Source: Candidatus Colwellbacteria bacterium (lineage in GTDB: Bacteria > Patescibacteriota > Minisyncoccia > UBA6257 > Colwellbacteraceae). Taken from it: a stretch of 64,000 nucleotides of DNA. The stretch covers positions 1,668-65,667 of the forward strand of contig DAIDMW010000001.1 of NCBI GenBank assembly GCA_027448785.1, in the 5' to 3' direction. The notes beneath the pieces are model-generated. The model saw only the letters and a program-made list of their open reading frames with translations. It was not told the DNA's origin and made no database searches. The translations under genes and the position numbers were made by a program. This document shows, one piece after another, positions 35,551 to 45,029 of the stretch (position 1 is the stretch's first letter; each line of letters begins with the position of its first letter).

Positions 35551-36306
35551 TTAGTTTATTTCGTACTTCAAGGTGGCGGTTACTGAGACCTTCTGCGATC
35601 CCGGTTCGATGTTCGGAGATGCCGCGGCGTTCAACGCGCCCATGCCGTAAATCGGAACCGGCGTCGGTTGGTTGTTGACCGTCACGTCAACCGAAACCAG
35701 CTTTCCCAGCTTGAATCCCGATTCGCCGGCGATTGCCTGCGCTCTCGCCTCAGCCTTGCTTATCGCCTCCGAGCGGGCTTGATCCTCATATTTTGATGGA
35801 TTGTTGACGGTGAAGGAAAGCTGGGAGATGGAGTTCGCTCCGTTTTGGACCACTCCGGAGACGATGTCGCCGAGTTTGGAGAAGTCGCTGATTTTAACCT
35901 GGATTGATTGGGTAATCGTGTAGCCGCTGATCGTCGGCGGTGGACAGGAGGTCGAGGCCGCGCCGCAATTGTAGTATGAGTAGCGCGGCTCTAGGTTGTA
36001 GGCCTGGGTCTGGATGTCTTTGCTCTCCACGCCTTGCGCTTTAAGGAAGCTGATAATCGCGTTGGCTTTAGCCGTATTCTGATTTTGGAGCGAGGCGATA
36101 TCCTTCCCTCCCTGAGTGATGACGCTCGCAGTCATCTGCGCTATGTCCGGAATCGCGACGGCCTCGCCACTGCCCGAGGCGGTAAAGGTGCGCCCCAAGG
36201 CGACGTTTTGCGCGTAGTAGGAAACATAGAGAAATATTCCGACCGCGGCCGAGAGGGCTAGTATTATCACAGCCACCCCCAAGTAATTTCGTATTTTGGT
36301 GTTCAT
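35551..36306 (-). CDS. SIMPL/DUF541-domain secreted protein
   Basis: N-terminal signal anchor, then a pattern matching the SIMPL family (ASGSGEAVAIPDIAQMTASV...GYTITQSIQVKI). Confidence 0.6.
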   Translation of the reverse strand: MNTKIRNYLGVAVIILALSAAVGIFLYVSYYAQNVALGRTFTASGSGEAVAIPDIAQMTASVITQGGKDIASLQNQNTAKANAIISFLKAQGVESKDIQTQAYNLEPRYSYYNCGAASTSCPPPTISGYTITQSIQVKISDFSKLGDIVSGVVQNGANSISQLSFTVNNPSKYEDQARSEAISKAEARAQAIAGESGFKLGKLVSVDVTVNNQPTPVPIYGMGALNAAASPNIEPGSQKVSVTATLKYEIN

Positions 36307-36368
36307 ATTTTATATGATATACCCGGCGAGAATTAAGTGGCAAATAATAAAATTGAGTAAGTTTAAAA

Positions 36369-36400
36369 CAAAAAAGGCGCGCTATTAGTGCGCCTTTTTC
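36369..36400 (-). terminator. hairpin terminator (bidirectional) after P-type ATPase gene
   Basis: aaaaaggcgcgc-tattagt-gcgcctttttc with A/T tracts on both sides. Confidence 0.5.
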
Positions 36401-36408
36401 TACAGCTC

Positions 36409-38784
36409 TTATAACCGTTCAGTTTTCCATAACAACTTAGTTGACTCGGTAACTTGCATCCATATCAGGCACCAAATCCAAACCAAAATTATAAGGGGCA
36501 GAGGAATCTTTGGCATTAAGAAGCCAAAGTAGGCCATAAGACTGCCGGCAATCTGGCTAAAAGAAGATGCAAAAATCACTGGCTTGCTCGGCAGATATCT
36601 CCACCAGCGCTCGCTGGTGTGAGCGACGTAAATGAGCATCTGGCCGGAAACGATTAGTTTCAGGAAGAAGGCGGTTTGAATCGTTGCCCAACTAAAGTGC
36701 CAAACATTGGCCATGAGGAAGAAAAGAGTCAAGCTGTTGGCTATTCCAGCTACTCCGAAAGAAAGAGATCGTTTTAAGCGCGAGACTGAGTTAATGCGCG
36801 CTGGCCGCATGGCGATCTTAACGCGGTCGTATCCCAAGCTAATGATTGGCAGATCGTTTAGAAGAGCGATAACCAGGATTTGCAAAGGCGTTATTGGATA
36901 GTTGCCGTAGGCGATTCCTAAAACGGCAATAGTCAGTATAAGGCGGAAGCTTTCGGAGATTCTGTAGAGGGAATAGGTGTAAAGGCGGGCGAAGATCTTC
37001 CTTGCCTCGATAATCGCGTCTTTGATTACCGATAGCCCCGGGGTAAGCAAAACCATGTCGGCCGCGCTTTTCAGAGCGTCTACCGCGTTTTGGACGGCAA
37101 TGCCGACATCGGCGGTCTTGATCGCCGGCAGATCGTTTACGCCGTCGCCGGTTACCGCGACCACGTAGGATTTTTTAGCCAGGTTGGCAATGCGGTACTT
37201 GTCTATCGGTAATATCTCGCTGAAAACATTTTTGCCGTTAAGCCAGCCTGGGGAAACGTTGTCCCAATCGATAGTGGCTAACTCATTTCTTGATAAAACT
37301 TGCCCGGAAAATCCCAGTTCGCCGGCCACGCGGGCGCTGATGTCGTAGCTGTCTCCGGTCAACATCTTAATGTCGATGCCGCGCTCTTTCATAAAATCTA
37401 TCACTTCCGCTGTTCCGGGCTGCAACGTGTCGGATAGTAGCATAATGCCAACCAATGACATGTTTTTCTCTTCGGTGTTTTCGCTTACGGCGACGGCCAG
37501 GGTGCGGTAGCCGTTCGATGCCGCCTCTCGCACGTCGCTCTCCATCCTTTTCTTAAGTTCGTCGCTATCTGCGAGCAGAGTCTCGATTATCTGTGAGGCC
37601 CCTACGGAAACAGCGTATTCCTTGTTGTCTTTGTTTATGATCGCCGTCGAACGCTTGCGGTCGGAATCGGCTGGCGTGAAGTCGACGATTTCAAAGTTCT
37701 TGGTTAGGCCTTCCTCGCTTCCTTTGCGCACGATCGCCTGGCTGATGACGCTCTTATCCAACGGGTCCGAGGCGGCGTAAGCGTCGAACAAAACTTCCTT
37801 CTCGGTGTAGTTAGAATAAGGAATAGTCTTAACGATATTGATTTCGTTTTTGCTTAAAGTCCCCGTCTTATCGCTTAATAGCAGGTTGACGTTCGCCAGG
37901 TCTTCAAGGGCCGAAAGACGGCGGACAATAGCGTTCTTTTTAGCCAATTCCAACACTCCTAAAGTGATGATGAGCGTCATCACGGTTGGCAGGCTGACCG
38001 GTATTCCGGCGATGATCAAGCTCAGGCCCAGGCGGATAAGGTCGGTAAGCGGTGCGTTCTTGAATAAGAGGAAGTAGCCGATGACGATTGCGACCGCGAT
38101 CAAGCTCATAGCGGAAAGGAACTTCGAGATGGAGATGATGTCTTTTTCCAACAGGCTGCGCCTGGTCGTGCGGTCCACCAAAGTGATGGTTTTCCCGAAG
38201 TAAGTGTTGCGGCCGGTGGCGGTGACGACGGCCTCTCCGCCGCCGGTAGCCACGAACGAGCCGGAATAAGCGGTGTCGCCCTCTTTCTTGTCTTTGGTCA
38301 GCGATTCCCCGGTCAAAACCGCTTCGTTGATTGTCAGGTTCTTCGCGCTTAAAAGATGGCAGTCGGCAGGCACTAGATCGCCGACGCTTAATCTAATCAG
38401 ATCTCCCGGAACCAAATAACGCGATTCCAGGAGCTTCCACTCCCCGTCGCGCTTTACCCGCACGCTGACCGCCAGCTTTTCCTCTAGCTTAGCGATGGCG
38501 TTATCCGCTTTATTCTCCTCGTAAAACTGGACGCCAAAGTTGACGAATATTAGGAAGAGAATGAAGTAAAAGTCGAAAATCTTCCCGTCAAAATAGGAAA
38601 GGGTGGCTGCGGCGAAAAGCATCAGCGCTATCGGCGTCTTAACCCAAGTCCAAATTTTTTGTAAGAAGCCGCCCTTCTTTTCTTTAATCTCGTTTAATCC
38701 GTATTTTTTGGTCAGCTCTTCTGCTTGGGCAGAGGAGAGACCGGCGTCTATGCTGGCAACAGCCGAGTTTATCTTATTGGTCAT
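36409..38784 (-). CDS. P-type cation-transporting ATPase
   Basis: TGES, DKTGTLS (phosphorylation site) and TGDGVNDLPAIK motifs. About 10 TM segments. Confidence 0.85.
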   Translation of the reverse strand: MTNKINSAVASIDAGLSSAQAEELTKKYGLNEIKEKKGGFLQKIWTWVKTPIALMLFAAATLSYFDGKIFDFYFILFLIFVNFGVQFYEENKADNAIAKLEEKLAVSVRVKRDGEWKLLESRYLVPGDLIRLSVGDLVPADCHLLSAKNLTINEAVLTGESLTKDKKEGDTAYSGSFVATGGGEAVVTATGRNTYFGKTITLVDRTTRRSLLEKDIISISKFLSAMSLIAVAIVIGYFLLFKNAPLTDLIRLGLSLIIAGIPVSLPTVMTLIITLGVLELAKKNAIVRRLSALEDLANVNLLLSDKTGTLSKNEINIVKTIPYSNYTEKEVLFDAYAASDPLDKSVISQAIVRKGSEEGLTKNFEIVDFTPADSDRKRSTAIINKDNKEYAVSVGASQIIETLLADSDELKKRMESDVREAASNGYRTLAVAVSENTEEKNMSLVGIMLLSDTLQPGTAEVIDFMKERGIDIKMLTGDSYDISARVAGELGFSGQVLSRNELATIDWDNVSPGWLNGKNVFSEILPIDKYRIANLAKKSYVVAVTGDGVNDLPAIKTADVGIAVQNAVDALKSAADMVLLTPGLSVIKDAIIEARKIFARLYTYSLYRISESFRLILTIAVLGIAYGNYPITPLQILVIALLNDLPIISLGYDRVKIAMRPARINSVSRLKRSLSFGVAGIANSLTLFFLMANVWHFSWATIQTAFFLKLIVSGQMLIYVAHTSERWWRYLPSKPVIFASSFSQIAGSLMAYFGFLMPKIPLPLIILVWIWCLIWMQVTESTKLLWKTERL

Positions 38785-38853
38785 GCTTTTATGTCTTAAT
38801 TGGTAGAGGTATCTACCAAAAAGTTTAACACACTATTCCAAGTGTATTAACTC

Positions 38854-40104
38854 TTAGAGAGTGAATAGATAGCCGATGGCGGCGGCGAGCATTACAAACA
38901 AAGTGACGTAACCAAGAATGTTGACTACCGGAGTCGTCGTTTGCTCGCCGACAATCTTCTTATTATTAGCCATGCGGATGAGGAGATAGATGATCGGTGG
39001 GGTGATTATGGTGTAAAGAACGGCGGTGTAAATTAGGAGCTCTACCGGATTCAGGTTTAAGAGATTTAAAGCTAATCCGGAAAGCATGGCTAGAACGATG
39101 GTCGCATAGAACCACTTGGCCTCGCGCACGCGCTTGTTTATCCCTTCCGGCCAGTCGAAAATCTCCGCCGCCATATAGCCGATGCTACCAGCCATCGTCG
39201 GGATGGCAATCGCGCCGACGCCGATGATTCCCAGACTGAAGATAAGATAGGCTCCGGGGCCTAGGATGGGCCGCAGCACCAGCGAGGCCTGGTTGAAGTC
39301 GGTAATCTGCGTCAGATGGAAAAAGCGGGGTATCTGCGCTCCGCCGACCAACATGAACCAGGTGCCTATTTCGGAAAAAAGCATGCCGAAAAAGGTATCC
39401 TCTCTTAGATCGCGTATTCTCCTGGAAGTGATGCGGTACTTGTGCCCGGCTTCCTCTTCTTTTTCTTTGCGCTCCTCGACTTCCTCGCTCGACTGCCAGA
39501 AAAAAAGATAGGGGGAGATCGAGGTTCCTAAAATGGCGGCGATAAGCACCAAAGTGCTGGCGCTAAAAGACATAGAAGGGATAACGGTGGCTTTCAAAGT
39601 CGGCAGCCAGGAGACGTGCATGTAAAAAACCGCCAGAATATAGAAGAGAAGAGAAATAGTAAACCATTTCATAACGTCAGCAAATTTTTTGTAAGAAAGA
39701 AAGATCATTCCGGCGATTATCCCCGCCGAGACGATCGGCAACCAGGCAAAACGCGATATATGGAAAAGACTCCCTAGAGTTATGGATATCGCCAGCAGGT
39801 CCGCCCCGATGTTGGTGATAATTACTACAACCGAAATTAAAGCGATGCCGAAGACGATTGGCTTGGCGTAATTCTCCTTAATGAGGCGCATTAAGCCTTT
39901 TCCCGTCTTTAACCCAAGCCGCGCCGAGATCTCTTGGGCGGCATACATCATCGGCAGCATGAAGGGCGCCAACCAGAACGAGGTGGAGCCTAGCATTACT
40001 CCCGATTGAATGTAGGTTAAAACTCCCGACGGATCGTCGTCGGCCACTCCGGTTATCACCCCGGGTCCGATCTTTCCAAATAATCTCCTGATTTCTTTAA
40101 ACAT
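38854..40104 (-). CDS. NRAMP-family divalent metal transporter
   Basis: GPGVITGVADDDPSGVLTYIQSG conserved NRAMP N-terminal motif, ~11 TM segments. Confidence 0.75.
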   Translation of the reverse strand: MFKEIRRLFGKIGPGVITGVADDDPSGVLTYIQSGVMLGSTSFWLAPFMLPMMYAAQEISARLGLKTGKGLMRLIKENYAKPIVFGIALISVVVIITNIGADLLAISITLGSLFHISRFAWLPIVSAGIIAGMIFLSYKKFADVMKWFTISLLFYILAVFYMHVSWLPTLKATVIPSMSFSASTLVLIAAILGTSISPYLFFWQSSEEVEERKEKEEEAGHKYRITSRRIRDLREDTFFGMLFSEIGTWFMLVGGAQIPRFFHLTQITDFNQASLVLRPILGPGAYLIFSLGIIGVGAIAIPTMAGSIGYMAAEIFDWPEGINKRVREAKWFYATIVLAMLSGLALNLLNLNPVELLIYTAVLYTIITPPIIYLLIRMANNKKIVGEQTTTPVVNILGYVTLFVMLAAAIGYLFTL

Positions 40105-40107
40105 GTT

Positions 40108-40683
40108 TTATCGCTTGCGAGGCGCGGCCGGCACTTTGCAGATTGCTGGCTTAGAAATGATGGCGGCGGTCAGATAGACCGAAACCAAAACCAGCATTGT
40201 TCCCAAAACATCGAAGGTGTATCCGCCAAGAGGCAGCTTTTGGACCAAGCTGGATGCTCCGCCGATGCCCAGGAGCGAGGAAAGAAGAACCGAGCCGCAG
40301 GAACCGCATCCAATCCCCAAAAGGCTGACGAACATGCCGATCCCGTTCATTCCCGCCCCGCTCATCGCCGCCACGCGGTTTGAGAAATAGTAAGCCGACA
40401 GAGAAAGGCTGATGCCGATCAGGGTCGCGTTCAGGACCGCGAGTAGCCGGGCTAGCGGAGTGAATCCGGTGAAAAGATACGAGAAAGACGCGACGACCAT
40501 TGCTGCCTTGCCTGCCAGCGAATAGTCGGGCGAGAAGATGACGCTGGAATAAAAAGAGAAGTTGGGAAGCCAGATATAAATCCAAAGTATGAAAATAGCG
40601 GCTGCCGCCGCAGCCGCCAAATAGGCGGGGTGGCGCAATACCGTGACGATTGTTTTAAGAGTCGATCGCAGATTGCGCCACAT
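40108..40683 (-). CDS. polytopic membrane protein, possible VKOR/DsbB-like thiol oxidoreductase
   Basis: Multi-TM protein with a membrane-embedded GCGSCGS motif. Adjacent and co-directional with the DsbA-like gene. Assignment is contextual. Confidence 0.3.
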   Translation of the reverse strand: MWRNLRSTLKTIVTVLRHPAYLAAAAAAAIFILWIYIWLPNFSFYSSVIFSPDYSLAGKAAMVVASFSYLFTGFTPLARLLAVLNATLIGISLSLSAYYFSNRVAAMSGAGMNGIGMFVSLLGIGCGSCGSVLLSSLLGIGGASSLVQKLPLGGYTFDVLGTMLVLVSVYLTAAIISKPAICKVPAAPRKR

Positions 40684-40703
40684 CGCTTTTCAGCCGGTAT
40701 GTT

Positions 40704-41513
40704 TTATTTGCCGGCGGTTTGCAACTGATTGTCGATTGCCTGAGTGAAGACCGAAAGTGGCTGAGCGCCGACGATGAGCTGGGTCCCGATGACAAAGCTC
40801 GGCGTGCTGTCGATGCCCATCGATGCTCCCTCCTGCTTGTCGGCGTCGATCTCGGCCTGGTAGGTCGATTGGTTCTGGGTAATCAGATTTTTGATCTGAC
40901 TAGCGTTCAAGCCGACGTCGCTAACGATGGATAGGAGATTGCTCTCGCTGGCCCATCCTCCGTTCTCCTGGCCCTGATGGTCGAACATATAGGTACGCCA
41001 CTTGAAGTAAGCGCTGGGGTCAGTACTCCAGATGGCGCGGCCGATGAGTCCCGCGGTCTGCGAGTCGGGGCCCAAAAATTGCAGGTCCTTGAAGACAATC
41101 TTCACCTTGCCGGTGTTGACATAATTTTTGATTATCGTCGGCAGAGTCTGCGTTTCGAATTGGTCGCAGAACGGACACTGGAAGTCGGACCAGTAAGCGA
41201 TGGTGACCGGAGCATTCGGAGATCCGATGAACGGTTCGCCGGCGGTCTTTACGCTGTTTATATTAACCTGCTGGGCGGGTTGTCCGGCCGCCTGCTGCTG
41301 CGGCTGCTGTCCGGCCGCTCCGGCCGTTCCCTGGTTTCCTCCGGCCAGCCTAGGACCAAAGATGACCGCCGCGGCGATTACCAAAGCCGCGACGACGATC
41401 GAGACCGGCATCCAAACGCCACTAGGATTTTGCGAGCGGCTCCGCCTCTCGTGCCTCTCCTCGTGCTCGTGATGCTCGTGCCCATCGTGATTGTGGTGTT
41501 CTTGAGTAGACAT
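40704..41513 (-). CDS. DsbA-like thioredoxin-fold oxidoreductase with His-rich N-terminus
   Basis: CPFC active site in a DsbA-like context (WSDFQCPFCDQF). N-terminal HHNHDGHEHHEHEERHERR, then a TM anchor. Confidence 0.7.
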   Translation of the reverse strand: MSTQEHHNHDGHEHHEHEERHERRSRSQNPSGVWMPVSIVVAALVIAAAVIFGPRLAGGNQGTAGAAGQQPQQQAAGQPAQQVNINSVKTAGEPFIGSPNAPVTIAYWSDFQCPFCDQFETQTLPTIIKNYVNTGKVKIVFKDLQFLGPDSQTAGLIGRAIWSTDPSAYFKWRTYMFDHQGQENGGWASESNLLSIVSDVGLNASQIKNLITQNQSTYQAEIDADKQEGASMGIDSTPSFVIGTQLIVGAQPLSVFTQAIDNQLQTAGK

Positions 41514-41702
41514 GTGATTGTTGTTTTAGCTCGACAATGAGTATTTTAATATCCCGCATTAAAAAAAGAAAGAGAAGGAAATTGGATGAGAAAGCCAAGA
41601 ACCGGCAACATTCCGCTCATTAAGCCCGTAAGCGTTCGTTGTTTTTCGCGGTATTTTTTGCTATCATTTTGATGACCCTAGAAGGGTGTTTATTTTGATT
41701 TT

Positions 41703-43646
41703 ATGGCCAAAAAAGAGGAGAAAAAAACTAGTGAAATTGCGGGAAAACCGACCTATACCGCCAAGGATATCTATGTTCTTGAAGGCTTGGAGCCGGTCCG
41801 TAAGCGTCCTGGGATGTACATCGGCTCGACCGGAGTCGACGGCCTACACCACCTCATTTGGGAGGTAGTCGACAACAGCATCGACGAGGCGATGGGGGGC
41901 TACGCTAAGCATATCGTCGTCCGCATGCTTCCCGATAATATCGTAAGTGTCGAAGACGACGGCCGCGGCATTCCTGTTGAGATTCATCCGCAGACCAAGA
42001 AGTCGGCGCTGGAAACGGTGTTGACCACGCTGCACGCCGGCGGAAAGTTCGGCGGCGAATCATATAAAGTTTCCGGCGGTCTGCACGGCGTCGGCGTTTC
42101 CGTGGTCAATGCGCTTTCCACTTGGCTGAAGGTCGAGGTGAAAAGGGATGGGACTATCTATTCGCAAGAGTACAAACGCGGAGTGCCGACGACCAAGGTG
42201 ACGAAAGGCGGCAAGAGCGACCACACCGGGACCACCACCACCTTCGCGCCCGATCCGGAAATTTTTCCCAAGATCGAATTCGACGCCAAGAGAATCTTAG
42301 AAAGGCTGCGCGAGCAGTCCTACCTGACCAAAGGCATCCGCATTACTTTTATCGACGAGCGGCAGTCCGCTTCGCCTTCTTATTACTCCTTCCGTTTCGA
42401 CGGCGGGGTTAAAGCCTTTCTCGATTATTTGAATGAAAACGGCGACAAAGTTATACAAGACGAATCCTTTTACTCCGTTAAAGAGCAGGGCGGCATGCAG
42501 GTGGAGTGCGCGCTTAATTACAACGATGGTATTGAGACCAAGGAGCTGAGTTTTGCCAACAATATCTATACGCCTGAGGGCGGAATGCACTTGACTGGTT
42601 TGCGCTCGGCTTTAACACGCACCCTAAACGATTACGCCCGCGCGAACAACTACCTTAAGGAAAAGGATGAAAATCTGACCGGGGATGACGTCCGCGAAGG
42701 GCTGACCGTGGTCCTTTCCGTAAAGATCCGCGAACCGCAGTTCGAGGGGCAGACCAAGGCTAAGTTGGGTAATACCGAAGCCAGAACGGCGGTAGAGTCG
42801 GCAATCGGGGAAGAGTTTTCCAAGTTTTTAGAGACTCACCCTTCCGACGGGCGGCGCATCATAGAGAAGTGCTTAATCGCCCAGAAAGCGCGTCGCGCGG
42901 CCAAAGCCGCCAAGGAAACAATCCTGCGCAAAGGGGCGCTAGAGGGATTAACCTTGCCCGGCAAGCTGGCTGACTGCCAGTCCCGCAAGGCCGAAGACTC
43001 GGAGTTGTTTATCGTCGAGGGCGATTCAGCCGGCGGTTCGGCTAAGCAGGCGCGCGACCGCAAAACCCAAGCTATCCTGCCGCTGCGCGGAAAGATCCTG
43101 AACGTGGAGAAGTCGCACATCGACAAGATGCTATTGAACAAAGAGATCCGCTCGCTGGTCATCGCTTTAGGCACCGCCATTGCCGACGACTTCGACATAG
43201 AAAAGATCCGCTATCACAAAGTGATCCTTATGACCGATGCCGATGTCGACGGCGCACACATCCGCACTCTGCTCTTAACTCTCTTCTATCGCTACTTTCC
43301 CCAGGTTATCGAAAGCGGCTACCTTTACATCGCCCAGCCGCCGCTCTACCGTATTCAGGTCGGCAAAGAGGTTAGATACGCTTACACCGAGGCGGAGAAA
43401 GATGAGTCGACCAAGGGAGCGAAGACTCAACCCAACATCCAGCGCTACAAAGGTCTGGGAGAGATGAACCCCGACCAGTTGTGGGATACGACCATGGACC
43501 CGGCCGCCCGTTTACTGCAGGTTGTGACTATCGACGACGCCAAAGAGGCGGACCGCCTTTTCGATATCCTAATGGGCGGCGAGGTTGAATCCCGACGCCA
43601 CTTCATTCAGCTCCACGCCGTTTCCGTGAAAAACCTCGATATCTAG
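41703..43646 (+). CDS. gyrB: DNA gyrase/topoisomerase IV subunit B
   Basis: GHKL ATPase motifs (EVVDNSIDEAMGGY, GLHGVGVSVVNALS), Toprim (EGDSAGGSAKQARDR) and C-terminal domain. Confidence 0.85.
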   Translation: MAKKEEKKTSEIAGKPTYTAKDIYVLEGLEPVRKRPGMYIGSTGVDGLHHLIWEVVDNSIDEAMGGYAKHIVVRMLPDNIVSVEDDGRGIPVEIHPQTKKSALETVLTTLHAGGKFGGESYKVSGGLHGVGVSVVNALSTWLKVEVKRDGTIYSQEYKRGVPTTKVTKGGKSDHTGTTTTFAPDPEIFPKIEFDAKRILERLREQSYLTKGIRITFIDERQSASPSYYSFRFDGGVKAFLDYLNENGDKVIQDESFYSVKEQGGMQVECALNYNDGIETKELSFANNIYTPEGGMHLTGLRSALTRTLNDYARANNYLKEKDENLTGDDVREGLTVVLSVKIREPQFEGQTKAKLGNTEARTAVESAIGEEFSKFLETHPSDGRRIIEKCLIAQKARRAAKAAKETILRKGALEGLTLPGKLADCQSRKAEDSELFIVEGDSAGGSAKQARDRKTQAILPLRGKILNVEKSHIDKMLLNKEIRSLVIALGTAIADDFDIEKIRYHKVILMTDADVDGAHIRTLLLTLFYRYFPQVIESGYLYIAQPPLYRIQVGKEVRYAYTEAEKDESTKGAKTQPNIQRYKGLGEMNPDQLWDTTMDPAARLLQVVTIDDAKEADRLFDILMGGEVESRRHFIQLHAVSVKNLDI

Positions 43647-43730
43647 CGGCTTTATTCAGGATCGCCGATCGTTTTAGGCCGGCGGCCGGCTTGAAAGATT
43701 CGGCTAAAGGTGGTATTGTTTGCCCAGTAA

Positions 43731-43913
43731 ATGCTTACCAGCTTAAGGAATTACTTATTGGAGGCCAGAGAGGAGTTTGGCCGCGTCAAATGGCTGACCC
43801 GGGCGGAGACTATCCGCTTGGTTTTGGTTGTTATCATTATATCGGCGGCAGTCGCCATCTATCTCAGCCTTTTAGACACGCTTTTCCTGACGATTATCAA
43901 AAAAATAATTTAA
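43731..43913 (+). CDS. secE: preprotein translocase subunit SecE
   Basis: 60 aa, EFGRVKWLTRAETIRLVLVVIII single TM. Located immediately upstream of nusG as in the conserved secE-nusG-rplK arrangement. Confidence 0.7.
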   Translation: MLTSLRNYLLEAREEFGRVKWLTRAETIRLVLVVIIISAAVAIYLSLLDTLFLTIIKKII

Positions 43914-43917
43914 TCGC

Positions 43918-44478
43918 ATGACTGAATCTACTTTGAAACCGGAAAAAACCGGAACGAGGAGTTGGTATGCTGTGCACACCTATTCTGGCTACGAAGACGC
44001 CGTCGCCCGGTATTTGAAGCAGCGTGTTGAGTCTCTTTCGATGGGCGACAAGATCTTCAACATTGTGGTCCCGATCGAGAAGAAGATAAAGATTAAAGGA
44101 GGCAAGCGCTACGTCGTCGAGGAGAAGATTTACCCGAGCTATGTCCTGGTGGAGATGATGATGGAACCTGATTCGTGGTACGTCGTCCGCAACACGCCGC
44201 GGGTTACCGGTTTCGTCGGACCAGATCCGGCCAATCCCACCCCCCTTTCCTACGAAGAGGTGGAATCGATCAAAGCCCGTATGGGCGAGGCCGAGCCGAA
44301 GATGAAAATTGATTTGCGCCCGGGAGATGTGGTAAAAATCACCGACGGCCCGTTCAAGGATTACGACGGCAAGATCTCGGAGGTTGACGAGGAGAAGGGC
44401 CGCATCAAGGTGATGGTCCCGGTCTTCGGTCGCGACACCGCCGTGGAGCTGGATTCGCTCCAGGTTAAAAAGATTTAA
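43918..44478 (+). CDS. nusG: transcription termination/antitermination factor NusG
   Basis: WYAVHTYSGYEDAV NGN domain and C-terminal KOW (GDVVKITDGPFKDYDGKI). Confidence 0.85.
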   Translation: MTESTLKPEKTGTRSWYAVHTYSGYEDAVARYLKQRVESLSMGDKIFNIVVPIEKKIKIKGGKRYVVEEKIYPSYVLVEMMMEPDSWYVVRNTPRVTGFVGPDPANPTPLSYEEVESIKARMGEAEPKMKIDLRPGDVVKITDGPFKDYDGKISEVDEEKGRIKVMVPVFGRDTAVELDSLQVKKI

Positions 44479-44484
44479 AATAAT

Positions 44485-44913
44485 ATGGCTAACAAACCGA
44501 TAAAAACGATAATCAAACTACAGCTCGAGGCCGGAAAAGCCAATCCAGCGCCTCCGGTCGGAACCGCGCTCGGTCCCCAGGGTATAAATATCCAGGACTT
44601 CTGCAAGCAGTTCAACGACGCGACCAAGGATATGGGAACGGACATCGTACCCGCCGAGATCACGATTTATGAGGACCGCAGCTTCGATTTTAAACTGAAG
44701 ACTCCTCCAGCTTCCGACCTGCTGCGCAAAGCGGCTGGCGTCGCCAAGGGGTCGGCGGTGCCCAACAAAAACAAGATAGGCCGGATTACTCCGGAAGACA
44801 TCCGGAAAATCGCCGAGCGCAAGATGGTTGACCTGAACGCCGAGGATATCGAGGCGGCGGAAAAGATCGTCGCTGGAACCGCCCGCTCGATGGGCATCGA
44901 GATTACCAAATAA
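44485..44913 (+). CDS. rplK: 50S ribosomal protein L11
   Basis: [26 protein letters not shown] is a highly conserved L11 N-terminus. Confidence 0.9.
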   Translation: MANKPIKTIIKLQLEAGKANPAPPVGTALGPQGINIQDFCKQFNDATKDMGTDIVPAEITIYEDRSFDFKLKTPPASDLLRKAAGVAKGSAVPNKNKIGRITPEDIRKIAERKMVDLNAEDIEAAEKIVAGTARSMGIEITK

Positions 44914-44930
44914 GCCTTGATAAGGAGGAT

Positions 44931-44960
44931 AAAAAAGAGCGCTCAGGCGCTCTTTTTTTG
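44931..44960 (+). terminator. rho-independent terminator after rplK
   Basis: aaaaaagagcgc-tcag-gcgctctttttttg. Confidence 0.7.
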
Positions 44961-45029
44961 TGTATGACCGTTACGGATAGTGCTAGCTGGCGCAGCTGGC
45001 TTTAATTCGCTAAAATACAAGGCGTATCA

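Noticed and set aside
43647-43730. tRNA-Trp expected upstream of secE-nusG
   Set aside because: No cloverleaf or T-loop (GTTCGA/TTCGAAT) is found in the gyrB-secE spacer. There is only a GGCCGGCGGCCGGC GC-rich palindrome.
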